A stretch of DNA of 64,000 nt from Macrostomum hystrix (lineage: Eukaryota; Animalia; Platyhelminthes), in contig CATNEN010000007.1 in the NCBI GenBank assembly GCA_950097015.1, positions 5,642,001 through 5,706,000 of the forward strand, written 5' to 3'. Of the stretch, positions 27,331 to 40,959 are shown one piece after another. Under the pieces are notes generated by a model. The model was given only the letters and a program-made list of their open reading frames with translations. It was not told the DNA's origin and made no database searches. A program made the position numbers and the translations under genes. Within the stretch, counting starts at the first letter, position 1, and every line of letters begins with the position of its first letter.

Positions 27331-30300
27331 CTAGCGGCCCTCCTGCTTGACCAGCTGCGGGTCCTGCACAAACTGGTCCAGGTCGGGCGTGGACGGCGGG
27401 CTGTCCTGGAGGTCGCAGCGCTGCTGATTCTTCTTCTGACGGCGCTCCTTGGCGCGCCGGTTCTGGAACCAGATCTTGATCTGCAATGAGCGGTCATCAG
27501 TCAGGTCATTGTGGGGAAAAGGATCACAGGGTGAGGAAAGCATCGCACGGTGTGGTAAAGAGTATCGCATGGTTTTGGGGAAAAGTATCCCATGGTGTGG
27601 GGAAATTATCGCAGGGTGGGATAAAAAATCTGAAAAGCAGATGGAGCAGGAAAATCCATTAGGAGTTCTCACCTGTCTCTCAGACAGGCGCAGTGTCCTT
27701 GACAGCTCGGACTTGCGCGCGGTGCTGATGTACTTTTGAAAGTGGTACTCCTTCTCCAGCTCGAAGCGCTGTTGCGAGCTGTACACCTGTCTGTACTTGT
27801 CCTGCGTCCGAGTCTTCATTTCTGGAGTTGAGAGGGACAAAGGCAGTTATAAATTGGAGCTACCGAATTTCCGTTTGCAATTTAGCACACAATCAGTTCG
27901 GTTCAATTCATACCCCCCACAATCGCCTGCTGCCCGGGGACCGGAAAACCGGCCGGCTCCTTTTAGCAGTTTGACTTTTATTGCTCCCCCTAACAGCATC
28001 GAACTTTTCCCCTTGGGAGCATGGCACACGGTTAGCTTTGCGGAAAAGGGCCTTCTTATCCTCCCTGGTGCCCCGGCCAGGACTGTGCTAATTCGCGGAC
28101 TGTCTCATGCCGCCCCGTCTCGGCCGCTCACTTTCAGAACAGAAACTGCGCCGGGTGCTTCCCGAATCTCGGCGGAGCTGGCAGGAAGTCTGGGGGCTCC
28201 CCGGGCTCATAAATTCCGTCCAGCTCCAAGCCGCTCTGTGCAGCCCCGACTGCGCACGGAGACAAAGTGCGAAACAGAAAGCATTTTCAAGGAGGGGTAT
28301 TCGCAAGTCCGCCTCCCATGCGTGACAAAGTGGGATCTCGGGGAGAAGTTCTGCGACATTTTTAGGGGAGAAAATGCACGCGGAAATACGCGCGCTCAGA
28401 AAATTAAATAACGAATTTCCAGTCTGACTATGACATGCAGCAGCATAAGTAATCCGCATGTGAATTGGAAAAAAACTCTCGAAATCCATGCAGCCCAGGA
28501 TCAGGTTTTCTTCCCATTTTTTGTTACAGAGAAGTTTCTCTTCTTCCCAATTCATGCACGCTGGGTTTGGGAAGTCATAAAACTGTCGCACAGTCCGAAA
28601 AAACTCTGCTCAAACTCAGCCTGCAGGGCCCTGTTTCCCCTTGACTTGACTCGTATGGCAACGAGTTCGCTGCGTTGTTTTTTTCGTCTTACAAGAGATC
28701 GGCCCCCGCTCCACCGTGTACCGTTTTTTGTTTGGCATCCGCCAAGCTCGACTTTCGGCCCAGACGGGCTGCGCTTCGGGGAAGGCGATGCTTTGAATAT
28801 AAAGTTTGGGAGGCCGGCTTGGAAACCGAAGGCTCGGCTTCGATTGTTACACCAACATTGGGACTAGCTTTAAACAACACTCGGGCATGAGAATCCCTTT
28901 ATCTTCTAGCGAAATATTTGTGTAAGCCATTGTTGAATAACTCTGTACAGCGAAACTTCTATGTTTGGGATATTTTACATTTTGAGGCTTTGTATTAGAA
29001 TCTGGAAATGTGGGATTTTTGGTATCCTGAAGATCTGGAAATATGGGGATTTTTGGGATCCTGAATATCTGGAAATGTGGGGATTTTTGGTATCCTGAAG
29101 ATCTGGAAATGTGGGGATTTTTGGGATCCTGAATATCTGGAAATGTGGGGATTTTTGGGATCCTGAATATCTGGAAATGTGGGGGGATTTTGGGATCGTG
29201 AAGATCTGGAAATATGGGGATTTTTGGGATCCTGAATATCTGGAAATGTGGGGATTTTTGGGATCCTGAATATCTGGAAATATGGGGATTTTTGGGATCC
29301 TGAAGATCTGGAAATGTGGGGATTTTTGGGTTCCTGAATATGGGATCCAAAATAGGGGGATTTTTGGGATCCTGAAGATGTGAAATTGTGCAGAATTGCA
29401 AATTATGAAAACCTGGCATTCGGAGTCCTGAAGATTTTCATTCCTACATGTAAAAAGCCTATGAGAAAAAGTTATGTACGAGTATTCGAGTATTTTTGCA
29501 AGTTTTTAACCGATGAAATCAATTCTGCCCGCATTTAACTAACCGATTGTTGTTATTTGAAAGGGCCCCACATTTACATGTGATCATTTATTTGTCTAAT
29601 GAACATCCACAATACTCAGAATTAATATTTGTTTGGCTTTCGATTGGCAGGTGAAAGTAGAAGCAAACACAGGATGGAAAAAGTGAACTGAAACCCTTAA
29701 AACAAATGTTTGTCTTCGATGCAATGCTGAATGTGAAAGTGGAGGTTTGATTGTGGGGGATTAGCCAAGCAACAACTGCAAGTTATGGGATCAGAATTAA
29801 TGATAATCGTCGTGCCTAATAATGCTGGGCCCGTACAAAATACTAATATTGATGTCTGAGTTGAGTGCAAACAATCGATTATTTCGATGCGGGCACGAAG
29901 TCTGCCTTCAGCGCGTGCTCCGTCATCATCGAAATGGCTTCCTTGACTAGAAATGGCAGACTAAAATTCCAAAAATGGCACCGATTGATCTACCAAAATG
30001 GCACCGATTGATCTACCAAAACGGCACCGATTGATCTACCAAAACGGCACCGATTGATCTACCAAAATGGCACCGATTGATCTCCGAAAATGAAACGATT
30101 GATCTCCGAAAATGGAAACGACTGATCTCCGAAAATGGAAACGACTGATCTCCGAAAACTACTAAAAAGTCACCCATTTATATGTGAAAAATGGCACCGA
30201 TCGATCGACAAAATAATGGCACCGATTGATCAACGAAAAATATCGCTTCCAATATCAAAAAAAGGCAAAAGAATATTTTCTTTTAGCCAAGCTGTCGGAC

Positions 30301-32778
30301 AGAAAGACTTCAGTGGCGGCAAGATATAGTTCAAAGCGAAGCGGCCTCCAAGCTTATATCTGGGGGGGAGGCGGTTGCTGCATGGAAAACGGAGAGCGCG
30401 AACACACACGACCGCATCCCACAGACAACGGTATACAACTGCAGGCTGCAAGCAGAATAGATAAGCTAGGCTTAACCACTCGCACCTGCTGCTATATAAT
30501 GCCAGCCCGGCAGTGTCTACCACCCCTCCCCACCTATACTGATTCCCCAAAATGCAGTTGATAAGAGCCCCGAACACAGGCCTGCGCCTACCAAATGTGT
30601 CTGATTATTATTCCCCTCCTTTGATGACGGCCCGCGCTCCCTACGCATTTTACGGGGGTGGGGAGGAAGTTTTAGGGGCTTCTTATTTCAGGGCGTGGAT
30701 AATATGCCCAGTAGTGAGTGTGTGTCTAAAGATCGAATGCATGGAGAGGTCTATATTTTTATGAAAACAGGCAGGGAGGTCAGAAGGGGACAAAGTGAAA
30801 AATTAGACTGCAGCATTCGAACAAAAACATACTTAATTAATTGATCAATTTCGGTTGAATCATTATTTATGCCCCCACCACCCCGCGAGATTCACAGTGA
30901 GCACACACGGGTGAGCACACGGCCGCTGGAATTTACTGCATTTCTATGCTAATTTCAGGGCTCTGCCGCTCTAACCCTCACTATTAAGTGTCCCGAGGGA
31001 CAATTTATCGACCTCATGCATAGGGAAAATTCTCATGATATTTTTTCGCGTAAAACAGTCTTGGAATTTCTCCCTGAGCAGATAAATGATGCAGTGAAAA
31101 TTGGAGATAAGAAACTGAAGGTCGTGGGGAAGGAACAACATCCCGAATCCCATTGCACATACTCAGCAGCCCAAATCTTCAGTAAAAATCGAATTGTCAT
31201 CCTATAAACCTATATTTTTGTAATCCCACGGATAAGGTGCTTCAATCCTGGACTTAAATTCAGGATTCAAAGCACTAATTAATCTAGGATAAGAAACAAA
31301 CAAAAATGTGTCAGAGTTTTTATGACCCGAGCATTGGGATTGGGATGCAAACGCCCCATACGGCTTTCTGGAGAAGCAAAATTTGATACTTTAAAAACAT
31401 TTGTAATTTTCATTGAACAAACTCGCCCCACACCTGTGAATTCTATACTCGAAGCAGCTACAGCGGAAATCGGTAAGCAGGTGTGGAATAGGAAGGCAAT
31501 ATTTTTGTTGCCATGCCCCGCACCTCAGAGGCCTGTCCAGACCGCGAATGAGGTTAAGAAGCTGCAAGTTTCCTTGTCTCTCAGGCTTCCCCTGGCCTGC
31601 AGGTTGGCGATATCCCATGGCTGCCGGTCTATTTGGTATCGAATTTTACACTCGAAAGGTGAAAAAGCACCTGCAGCAAATGCGCACTTAAAAGTTAGGC
31701 CTAGAAAAAAATTTCACAACTTTTTTCTTGCACAGCGACAGCACGGCTAAAATTTGGGCGAAAATTTTTGTAGCCACCCGGTGGTGGGAAGCTGCAGGTG
31801 TAATAACGAGATTAGCAAGTTTAAGAAACGGCTAACTAAAACGTGTATATCCAGGCAGAATTTTTCTGAATGGGATAAATGAAAACATAATTTAGTTCTG
31901 ATGTTATAGCTTGAAATTATCTTTTCCAATGCTTTCCTTTCTGACGTCATGCCAGTTTTCTCTCACACCGAATGAGCACAATGAGCACGGTTTCGCTATT
32001 CGTGAAATCGAAATTTGTATTCGTGCCAAAAATGGGAAAGACTTGGGGACATCGCATTATGTCTTTTGGTCAATCTACGAGCGTACAATGTTCTCAACTC
32101 ACCGCAGCTCGGCCTCTTCTTCTGCTTCCAGGCCTTGACAATCTCCTGCTGCAGCTTCGAAGCCTCCTTCACGCCCATGCCCATGGCGTCATCGAGGTCC
32201 TCCTGGTGCAGCGGGGACAGCGCCTCGTCTGAGCTGGCTGGGTCCGCCGCCGCGGCTTGCTGGCTTGACATCAGGAAGTGCGGAGACCGCTGCTGCTGAT
32301 GCTGCTGATGCTGCTCATGCTGAGATTGGCTCTGCACCTGCTGCTGCTGATGTGAGCTGTGATGCGGCTGGGTAGCGGGAGGAGGCGGATGCAGCGACTG
32401 CAGGTGATTCGGAGCTGCTAAAGACGGGTGCGGAGGCGGCAGAGTCTGCTGCTGCTGCTGCTGCTGCTGCTGAATAAATTGGACAGCGGCCGAGGAGCTC
32501 CACCCGTGGAGGCCGCCACCGCCGCCGACAGCAGAACCGACTGGCGGGGTGGCCATCGAAGCCGAGGCAATGGTCAGGTGAGAGCCAGGTGCCGGCGAAG
32601 CTGCCGCGGCGACAGCGGCAGCAGCGCCGAGGCTGTCGCAACTCCACTTGCGCAGACAGTCAGGGCAGCCGCAGGCGGGCCGCACCTGCTGCTGCTGAGT
32701 TTGCAGGCAGTAAGCACACCTGCAAGCGGGGTAGGCGGCCGCGGGGCCTAGCGGAGCCCAGGTGTCGGTCATCGTCAT
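27331..32778 (-). CDS. cdx: Caudal/Cdx ParaHox homeodomain transcription factor, ~324 aa
   Basis: Exons 32778-32103, 27821-27673, 27480-27331 with consistent phases. [48 protein letters not shown]|[13 protein letters not shown] carries the Cdx-diagnostic KTRTxDKYR and AKER motifs, with the conserved intron between ERQ and IKIWFQN. The N-terminus is Q/H/P-rich. Confidence 0.93.
29000..29380. repeat. ~35-bp minisatellite in cdx intron 1
   Basis: Unit ggatcctgaakatctggaaatgtggggatttttg. Confidence 0.9.
29971..30155. repeat. 23-bp minisatellite in cdx intron 1
   Basis: Unit aaaatggcaccgattgatctacc. Confidence 0.85.
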
Positions 32779-35209
32779 CGCTGTTGGCTCCCCGGCTGAG
32801 ACTTCAGAGAAGCGCAGGCTTGTCTATGGAATTGGGCGTGTGCCGTCTGTGAGTGCTGCGGCCCGCGCTGGCTTAAGAGCTAGCTTGCGCTTCAATTAAC
32901 CAGAAAAGATATCGGGCGGCTTTTTTGAAAGGCCGGCTCTCAAATTAGCAGCTCTGTTTGGGCTAAATGAGCTCGAGAAGTGGACAAGGCGGAATAGATA
33001 AAGGCCCGAAATTTGCACTGGCGAAGTGGCAGGCGAAGTCTTAGGAAAGGGTTGTGCCGGCCAACACCCTCAGCTGGGCCCGGGTATATTGCCGGAGGTT
33101 GGGGTGGGCGCGGCGGCGGCCGGGAGGAGGCAAAGACATGAAAGGAATGCCGCCACTGGGGTGCCATTGGCTGGGCCTGGCCGGGGGGTGGGGAGCCTCG
33201 GAGGCTCTTCATTCGACCGTGGGTTGGAGCGGCGGTCCGCCAACCGCTCCGACCCCTCTCGCATTTCCCAATGGCCTAATCCCATTTTGTGGGGCCACAG
33301 GCACTGCATGGCACTCTGGCTATGGAATTATGGTCAGCCACCCCTCCTAGGTCCCAAGGCCGAGCCAGCCTAATTGTTATGTGAATGCTTTACTTATTTA
33401 TGTTATGTATAGATTGATTTTTTATTGTAATCAGTTCGCGGCGACACTTTTTTATTGGGGCAATTCGTCAGCTCACAGGTGAACATAAATGCTTTATCAA
33501 TCTAGCGGCCTTGTTACATTTCCAGTCCGTTGTTTTAACAATGAATTTGGCACATCGCTACATTTTTGGTGTGAGACAAGAGCACCAGAAATGGCTTGAG
33601 CAGTGAGACGCAGACGCCCGTTGTATCGATAGGTACAGGCTCGGGTAGTGACGAATGTATCAATGTCATATGCTATTGTTGGCGGGAGTTGTGCAGTCAT
33701 CAGATTCCTCGGTTGCAGTTTTATATTTATGACTCTCTGGCATCGCAACTGTCTTAGCTTTTTTGGCCACAAATGACAACATTTGGACACATCCAATCTT
33801 CGCTGCAGCCCGCTAACATGCAATCTTTTGTGATCTCGCTTCACTTCACCTTCACACTTTTTTGCTTGCCCTGGCCCAAATATTCGCGTAGCAACAGCCG
33901 AATTTCTCACTGAATGAGTGAGAGCAGTTTTGCGATGTAAAGCTTGATTGCTTAGATATGCAGGAAGGCACAGACATATATTGGTGAAATAAAAATTATA
34001 TTTATATGCCAAGTTTGCTAAATTCGTTTTATTTTCTTAGAAATAAGATTTACGCGATTGCGTCACAGTGAAGAAATCAACAGATATTTAGGCTTTGATT
34101 CGGACAGTTCAGATACAAAATACACGCTTCAACGGTTGTCGTCACTCTGTGCTATTATGAAATAATAAAAAAATGACTTTCCATTTCTTCTGATGGCACA
34201 CTGACAGGCGGTCAGACTGTGTTGGCAAAGCCCGCGTGCGCTGGCCTGTACAAAAAGCAGCGACTGCAGAATCGGATGCATTGATTGTTCTATTCTAATC
34301 GGTTTCTCTTCACTCGCTGATTGCGCAATCAGCCCAACGCAGCACCCAGCCAAAAGCTGTGCTGCAAAGCCAGCGACTCTGCAGTCTGTCAGTTAGACAG
34401 TGTCACAACGGGCATATTATACATTATTATATGTGCGAGGACAGCGGGAGCACCGGACACACAGGCCTTCCAATCCCACGCATGCGCACGTAAAAGCAAA
34501 AAGCAAGACTCGGAGGATGGGAGCATTTTTTGATTCCAGAAATCGCAGGTCGTGAAATTGGCCAGGCTCCCTGCAGACATCTATACAAATAATTGGGAGA
34601 TCGCTGCGTGCTTGCCGCTTAGGCAGGTAGGGCCATAAAAAACACGGGCCCGAGGGCGCCATCCTCAGTTACTTATACGGCCCACAGGGGACAGTAGAAT
34701 ATAGCGATATAAGGTAAGCTTTTAAGCCCTCATGACACCTGACCCATCCATGTTGATGCGGCTGCTGCTGCTGAGGCGGCTGGAGGATGGCAGCTGCGGC
34801 GATTATCGCAGCAGGCATAAACTGCAGGATGCCAGGAAGCCAGTGAGTCTGCATTTGCAGCCAATCATCATAAAAAACTGCAAGAGAATCAGCTTCCGAT
34901 CCCCGGAAAGAGCGCCCGCGGCTGCTGCAATCAAAGTGTAGTCATTGCGCTGCCGCGCGGATCACCCTGCTGCCCAAGGCAGTAAAAACCACTACCTACC
35001 TGCATTGAGAGTCACGGAGCAAGGGAGCAGGGTAAGCAAGGTAGGCAAGGTAGGCAAGGGCAATTACCCAAACCCATTTGGTATTTGCATCACATGCAGC
35101 AGACCATAGCTAGCACTTCCTGGCTGCAAAATATCCTGCAGCTAAGCTTGTCCAGTCAACTCATACTCAACCTTTCCTTATCTAGCTCCCAATCATTCTC
35201 TCCTCCCCC

Positions 35210-36425
35210 TCCTCTCCTCTCTTCTATCTCCTCTCTTCTATCACCTCTCTTCTATCTCCTCTCTTCTATCACCTCTCTTCTATCTCCTCTCTTCTATCAC
35301 CTCTCTTCTATCTCCCCTCTTCTATCTCCTCTCTTCTATCACCTCTCTTCTATCTCCCCTCTTCTATCTCCTCTCTTCTATCACCTCTCTTCTATCTCCT
35401 CTCTTCTATCTCCTCTCTTCTATCACCTCTCTTCTATCTCCCCTCTTCTATCTCCTCTCTTCTATCTCCTCTCTTCTATCTCCTCTCTTCTATCTCCTCT
35501 CTTCTATCTCCTCTCTTCTATCACCTCTCTTCTATCTCCCCTCTTCTATCTCCTCTCTTCTATCTCCTCTCTTCTATCTCCTCTCTTCTATCTCCCCTCT
35601 TCTATCTCCTCTCTTCTATCTCCCCTCTTCTATCTCCTCTCTTCTATCACCTCTCTTCTATCTCCCCTCTTCTATCTCCTCTCTTCTATCACCTCTCTTC
35701 TATCTCCTCTCTTCTATCTCCCCTCTTCTATCTCCTCTCTTCTATCTCCTCTCTTCTATCTCCTCTCTTCTATCTCCTCTCTTCTATCTCCTCTCTTCTA
35801 TCACCTCTCTTCTATCTCCTCTCTTCTATCTCCCCTCTTCTATCTCCTCTCTTCTATCACCTCTCTTCTATCTCCCCTCTTCTATCTCCTCTCTTCTATC
35901 TCCTCTCTTCTATCTCCTCTCTTCTATCACCTCTCTTCTATCTCCCCTCTTCTATCTCCTCTCTTCTATCTCCTCTCTTCTATCTCCTCTCTTCTATCTC
36001 CCCTCTTCTATCTCCTCTCTTCTATCTCCTCTCTTCTATCTCCTCTCTTCTATCTCCTCTCTTCTATCACCTCTCTTCTATCTCCCCTCTTCTATCTCCT
36101 CTCTTCTATCTCCCCTCTTCTATCTCCTCTCTTCTATCTCCTCTCTTCTATCTCCCCTCTTCTATCTCCCCTCTTCTATCTCCTCTCTTCTATCTCCCCT
36201 CTTCTATCACCTCTCTTCTATCTCCTCTCTTCTATCTCCCCTCTTCTATCTCCTCTCTTCTATCTCCTCTCTTCTATCTCCTCTCTTCTATCTCCTCTCT
36301 TCTATCTCCTCTCTTCTATCTCCTCTCTTCTATCTCCTCTCTTCTATCTCCTGCCTCTTCTATCACCTCTCTTCTATCTCCCCTCTTCTATCTCCTCTCT
36401 TCTATCTCCTCTCTTCTATCTCCTC
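35210..36425. repeat. 14-bp pyrimidine-rich minisatellite, 1.2 kb
   Basis: Unit ctctcttctatctc, with essentially no G on the + strand. Confidence 0.97.
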
Positions 36426-37631
36426 CCTCCCCCCTTTCAGCCCTGTCTTCCAATATGTCTCTGATTATCATTTTCCTTCCAACGCTAGCTAACTCTCTCA
36501 TCAGTCGCATGTATAATTTTAGCTACTGAAATACATCATAAATACGCAAAGAAAAAATATATACAACAAGATCTAAACAATTAATTGATTCTCCAATGCC
36601 GTCACTATTGACTTTCTCTCAGTCAAATATTCTCTATACGAGAATATTTGGCCCATTTAGATATAGCCACAAACAGGCCCTTCCAGCCGTCTATCTGTAT
36701 TCCCGTCATATCAAACAATAGGATCAAAACACAATTCCCAACACAATTCCCATTGTGCCTTATCCTGAGGACCTAAAACTCCCACCAACAATTTCTCCCC
36801 AATTTTTTAGTCGATTTACAACCCTCGCAGTTCGCAATGGGTTCCATGGTCGCAGCTGTTGTTCCACAACAAGGCAGGCCAACAGAGTCAGTCCAGCGAG
36901 AGAAACAACACGATGTTGAAGAACTTCAGGGCCTCTCTCAGCTGGCGGGGTCATAAATTGACTCAGAATATTGGGAGCGGGTGCGCCAGATAGGCCCCGT
37001 CCCGTAGGGAAAGTTTTCCCATAGAGAGGAGAGGATCTGAGAGATTGCGAAAAGTAGACAGCGGTCATTCGGTTTCCTTATCTCGTTGGCCAATCAGCGA
37101 ACTTAACTTGGCATGTAGCGAGTACAGCCAAGGTAAACGCAGTTTTGTCTTAATATACTCGCATATCGCCCATATAGTTTAAAGGGTCGGCACCCTTTTC
37201 AAAATCAAAATGGCTATTGCTGCCTGATTTATTGCTAGCTGTTCGAGAGACCGCGACCCACTCTAGATCTGTGAGCTTTGCTCCCGGGACCCAGTGAAGC
37301 TTAAATAGTATACATATAGAAGACTGGATACGCAGATGGCACTGTATACAAACCGAATCACTGGGGTCTAAAATCAGGGTGTAGCCATAGACTATGGGGT
37401 GACTATGGAAACCCGCGGGCCTCAATAGAACTGCTGGAGGCTAAATACACTCAACTGTGTTGCTATCTGTGATTGATTTACAATCTCCTAACATCGCATA
37501 CGCCACTGCGCAATGGTCACTAGGATCAGGTCAGATCTCTGAATTCCTTCGGATCATCAAATGACTGACACGTCTGCATGATTTCTGCAAGAGGGTCCTA
37601 CCACAGCACTGGTTTCTTCGATGGGTTGTCA

Positions 37632-38140
37632 GATGAGCCTCACTCATAGCTGTCATATGAGCCTCACTCATAGCTGTCATATGAGCCTCACTCATAGCTG
37701 TCATATGAGCCTCACTCATAGCTGTCATATGAGCCTCACTCATAGCTGTCATATGAGCCTCACTCATAGCTGTCATATGAGCCTCACTCATAGCTGTCAT
37801 ATGAGCCTCACTCATAGCTGTCATATGAGCCTCACTCATAGCTGTCATATGAGCCTCACTCATAGCTGTCATATGAGCCTCACTCATAGCTGTCATATGA
37901 GCCTCACTCATAGCTGTCACAGGTCACATTATCCTTTTCATATGAGCCTCACTCATAGGTCAGATGAGCATCACTCATAGGTCAGATGAGCATCACTCAT
38001 AGCTGTCACAGGTCACATTATCCTTTTCATATGAGCCTCACTCATAGGTCAGATGAGCCTTACTCATAGGTCAGATGAGCCTTACTCATAGGTCAGATGA
38101 GCCTTACTCATAGGTCATATTGGTCTCACTCATAGGTCAT
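37632..38140. repeat. 24-bp minisatellite with a decaying tail
   Basis: Unit atgagcctcactcatagctgtcat. Confidence 0.95.
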
Positions 38141-40959
38141 ATAAGTCTAATTGGTAAGTTCAGATGAGCCGCAAGGACGGCAAGCCACGTGACACGGGAG
38201 GGTCAGCGTGTTCAAGGTTTGCAATGCAGCAGTTCCAGCTTCACTGCAGCTATAGCGACACTGAGCCCTCATAATTCAATCTCTTACGTGAACATTTTCA
38301 GCTTCACTCGTCAATGAAGAAGTCGCATTCTGCACGCAAAAGAATTGTTGCAGAGGGGCGGACAAGACACAACCTGAAAGGATTTAAAATCCCCCTCCTT
38401 GGCGCGGTCCGGACGAAGGACGCCGGGAGACAGAGAGACAGGGCCGCTCATTGTAAATCAACCAGGTGGGGCTGGGACGCCGCCGCCGCCGCTTCGCAAT
38501 CGAGCAGACAGGGGAGAAAGAAGTGGAGAGAGAAGGGGCTGTATGGGATAAAAGGGAGGCATGCAGAGAAGCTGGGCGGCTGCTGGGGAGCGGGCTGGGG
38601 GTGGGACGAAGATTGGGTGCGCGGCATGAGCTCGTAAATCTGGCACGAGGCGACTGTAAATTTTAAAAAGACCTTCCCGACTCCCACCCCGCTCATCGTC
38701 CCGCTCCCTAAGTCAAGCCTTTGAAACCTAGCGGTTGTGTATGGGTGGCCCGTGGCAACTGCACAGCAACTCAGCTGTCCAGCGGGACGGAGCCGACACT
38801 GAAGCAAGAATGCATCTACTTCTGCCCGACCTTCGGTTGGAAACTTGCGCGGATGTCGCGGATCGGGGAATCGGGATGGGGAGGCTGGGACGGGAGGGCA
38901 GCTGCCGGCTATTTCTGCTTCCTTCCGCTGAAGGCAAACAGGGGAACATGTGTGCGTGAGTGCTCCGCTGAGGGGGTTGACCGCTTCGCTTTTTCTTCTT
39001 CTGCACCCTCGTAGTGGCGGCAAGGATTCGAGCAAAGATTTATGACCGCAGGGCCGAGGCCCGAAGCCCCTTCTCGGTGTTTTTTTATCTCGCATCGCAT
39101 TTTGCCTGCATGGCCGGGGAGGCACCGGACTTTAAAAGGGAAGAATAATCAAGGGAGCGGCTGCGCGTCTCGGCGGGACCTGCCGCCTGTCTCAACTGCC
39201 CCCAGCAGCCTCCCGAATGCTGATAAGAGCTGCGAACTGGGGGTGACACCAGAGCAGCGAGACAGCGCATCATAATAAGTGGCGCTGTGATAAAACAGCT
39301 CCCTCCCTGCAGGTCTACATGTGCTCAAATCCCGACTCAAAGTTGGCCATTTTTTGTGCCGAATTTTAATCCCAATGGGGAGAGAGGGAGAGGAGCTTTG
39401 CAGCCTTCTAAAACATTTTCTAGTCCCCCTTTTTCTGAGAGTCACCAAATTCAAATTTCGATTTCAAGTAGGGCATTCCTCTGACTTCTGGGATTAATTT
39501 TTTGGGATCTCAAGTGAAAATGCTAATTTAAGGGGGATGACTTTAGTGGCCCAGTTTCGGGCCGAAATAATAAATCTGCTGCGAAGCACAAATTAGCGGC
39601 GGAGGCAATAAATTGATTCCCTTTATTCAGCAACATCAGGATATTAGAGGCTCAAAATTTTGTCCAAATCATTTTTCGCGAAGCATTCAAGCTTTTCAAG
39701 CTTTTAGGAAGAAAGTCAGACAGGAAAAATTACTAGGAAAAAATTTACAGGGGAGAAAGAGTTGGAGAGGGAGTAAAGGTGGGAGTTTAGAAAGAGTGGA
39801 AGGTGAAGAAAGAGGGTGATGTGAGAAAGAGTGTAAGGGGAAGAAAAGTAGAAGGGGAGAAAGGGGAGAAGGGGGAGAAAAAGTATAAGGGGGAGAAAGA
39901 GTATAAGGGGGAGAAAGAGTATAAAGGGGAGTAAGAGTAGAAGGGGAGAAAGAGTAGAATGGGAGTAAGAGTAGGAGGTGGAGAAAGAGTAGAAGGGGAG
40001 AAAGTGGAAAGAAGAGCAGGGAGAAAAATACGGAGTGAAAAAAAGTCTGGTGAAAAGGGGGGAAAAGCAGATTGAGGAAAAGGGGAGAAATCGGGCTTGA
40101 GAAGTAGACCATTCTGTCTTAGTGTCTGGCTGGTCGCGGCTGGTTTGGCGTCCTCAACCAAGGCGGAGGCTGTGAGTGTTGGGAGCCATGCAGGTCGCAG
40201 ATCGAATGTTAAACCGAGCCTCACCACCCATTAAGCCAGGCAAGCCATTCGCGGGGAGCAGCAGAGCGGAGCGGCTCGCAGACAATTTTATTTTTATTGC
40301 CTGCAGCCGAGGCGCCAGAGGGGAGAAGAATGGCGAGCAGTTTGTTGGGAAGGCCGTGCCGCCAATTAACCTGACTGCACCTATGCTTGCTGAGATCCCC
40401 ACGGATCGGGATTCAACACGTCGGACAATTATCCTAACAAGCGGAATACCCATGCGGTGGGGCCGAGTTGTAAAATGAGCTAAAAAGCAATGTCCCGCAT
40501 GCGCAGGACGGGCTGTGATGTGGGGATTGTGTCACCAGCCTGCGACCTTCGCTGCATGGGTGCGAACGGCACCTTGGTCATAAACGAGCTTGACCAAACT
40601 GGCAGGAAATAAAATCCCCAAATTGTGTCACTTTCTGTTTTTGGGGCCAACGCACACACCCAACGCGAGCATTGCACAGAGACTGCTTGGCTAAACTAGC
40701 TGAATTTTTCAATTGAATATGCATGTCAAACAGCTAGTTACGTGAGTGAATGCTGCACTCCTTCACAATGATCCTACTAAACGATGACAACAAGTAGTGA
40801 CGCAGCATGTCTAAATTGCGTCACTTGCTCAATTCTTGCCTTTTACAAGTCCGTGTCCAACTCACAATCTCAACTTCCTTACTCAGTGGAACTTAAGATG
40901 CAGACTTTCTTACCATATTTTTATGGTCATCCATTTTTATCTAAGCCATTTCGTACATC

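Noticed and set aside
35085-36464. 459-aa Leu/Ser ORF, and similar ORFs at 40.8-42.0, 47.3-48.5 and 62.1-63.6 kb
   Set aside because: Translations of minisatellites with no domain signal; several are open in multiple frames.
37990-40680. Numerous 60-225 aa ORFs in GC-rich islands (also at 24-25, 28 and 33-35 kb)
   Set aside because: No recognisable domains or consistent exon chain; better explained as non-coding regulatory DNA around cdx.
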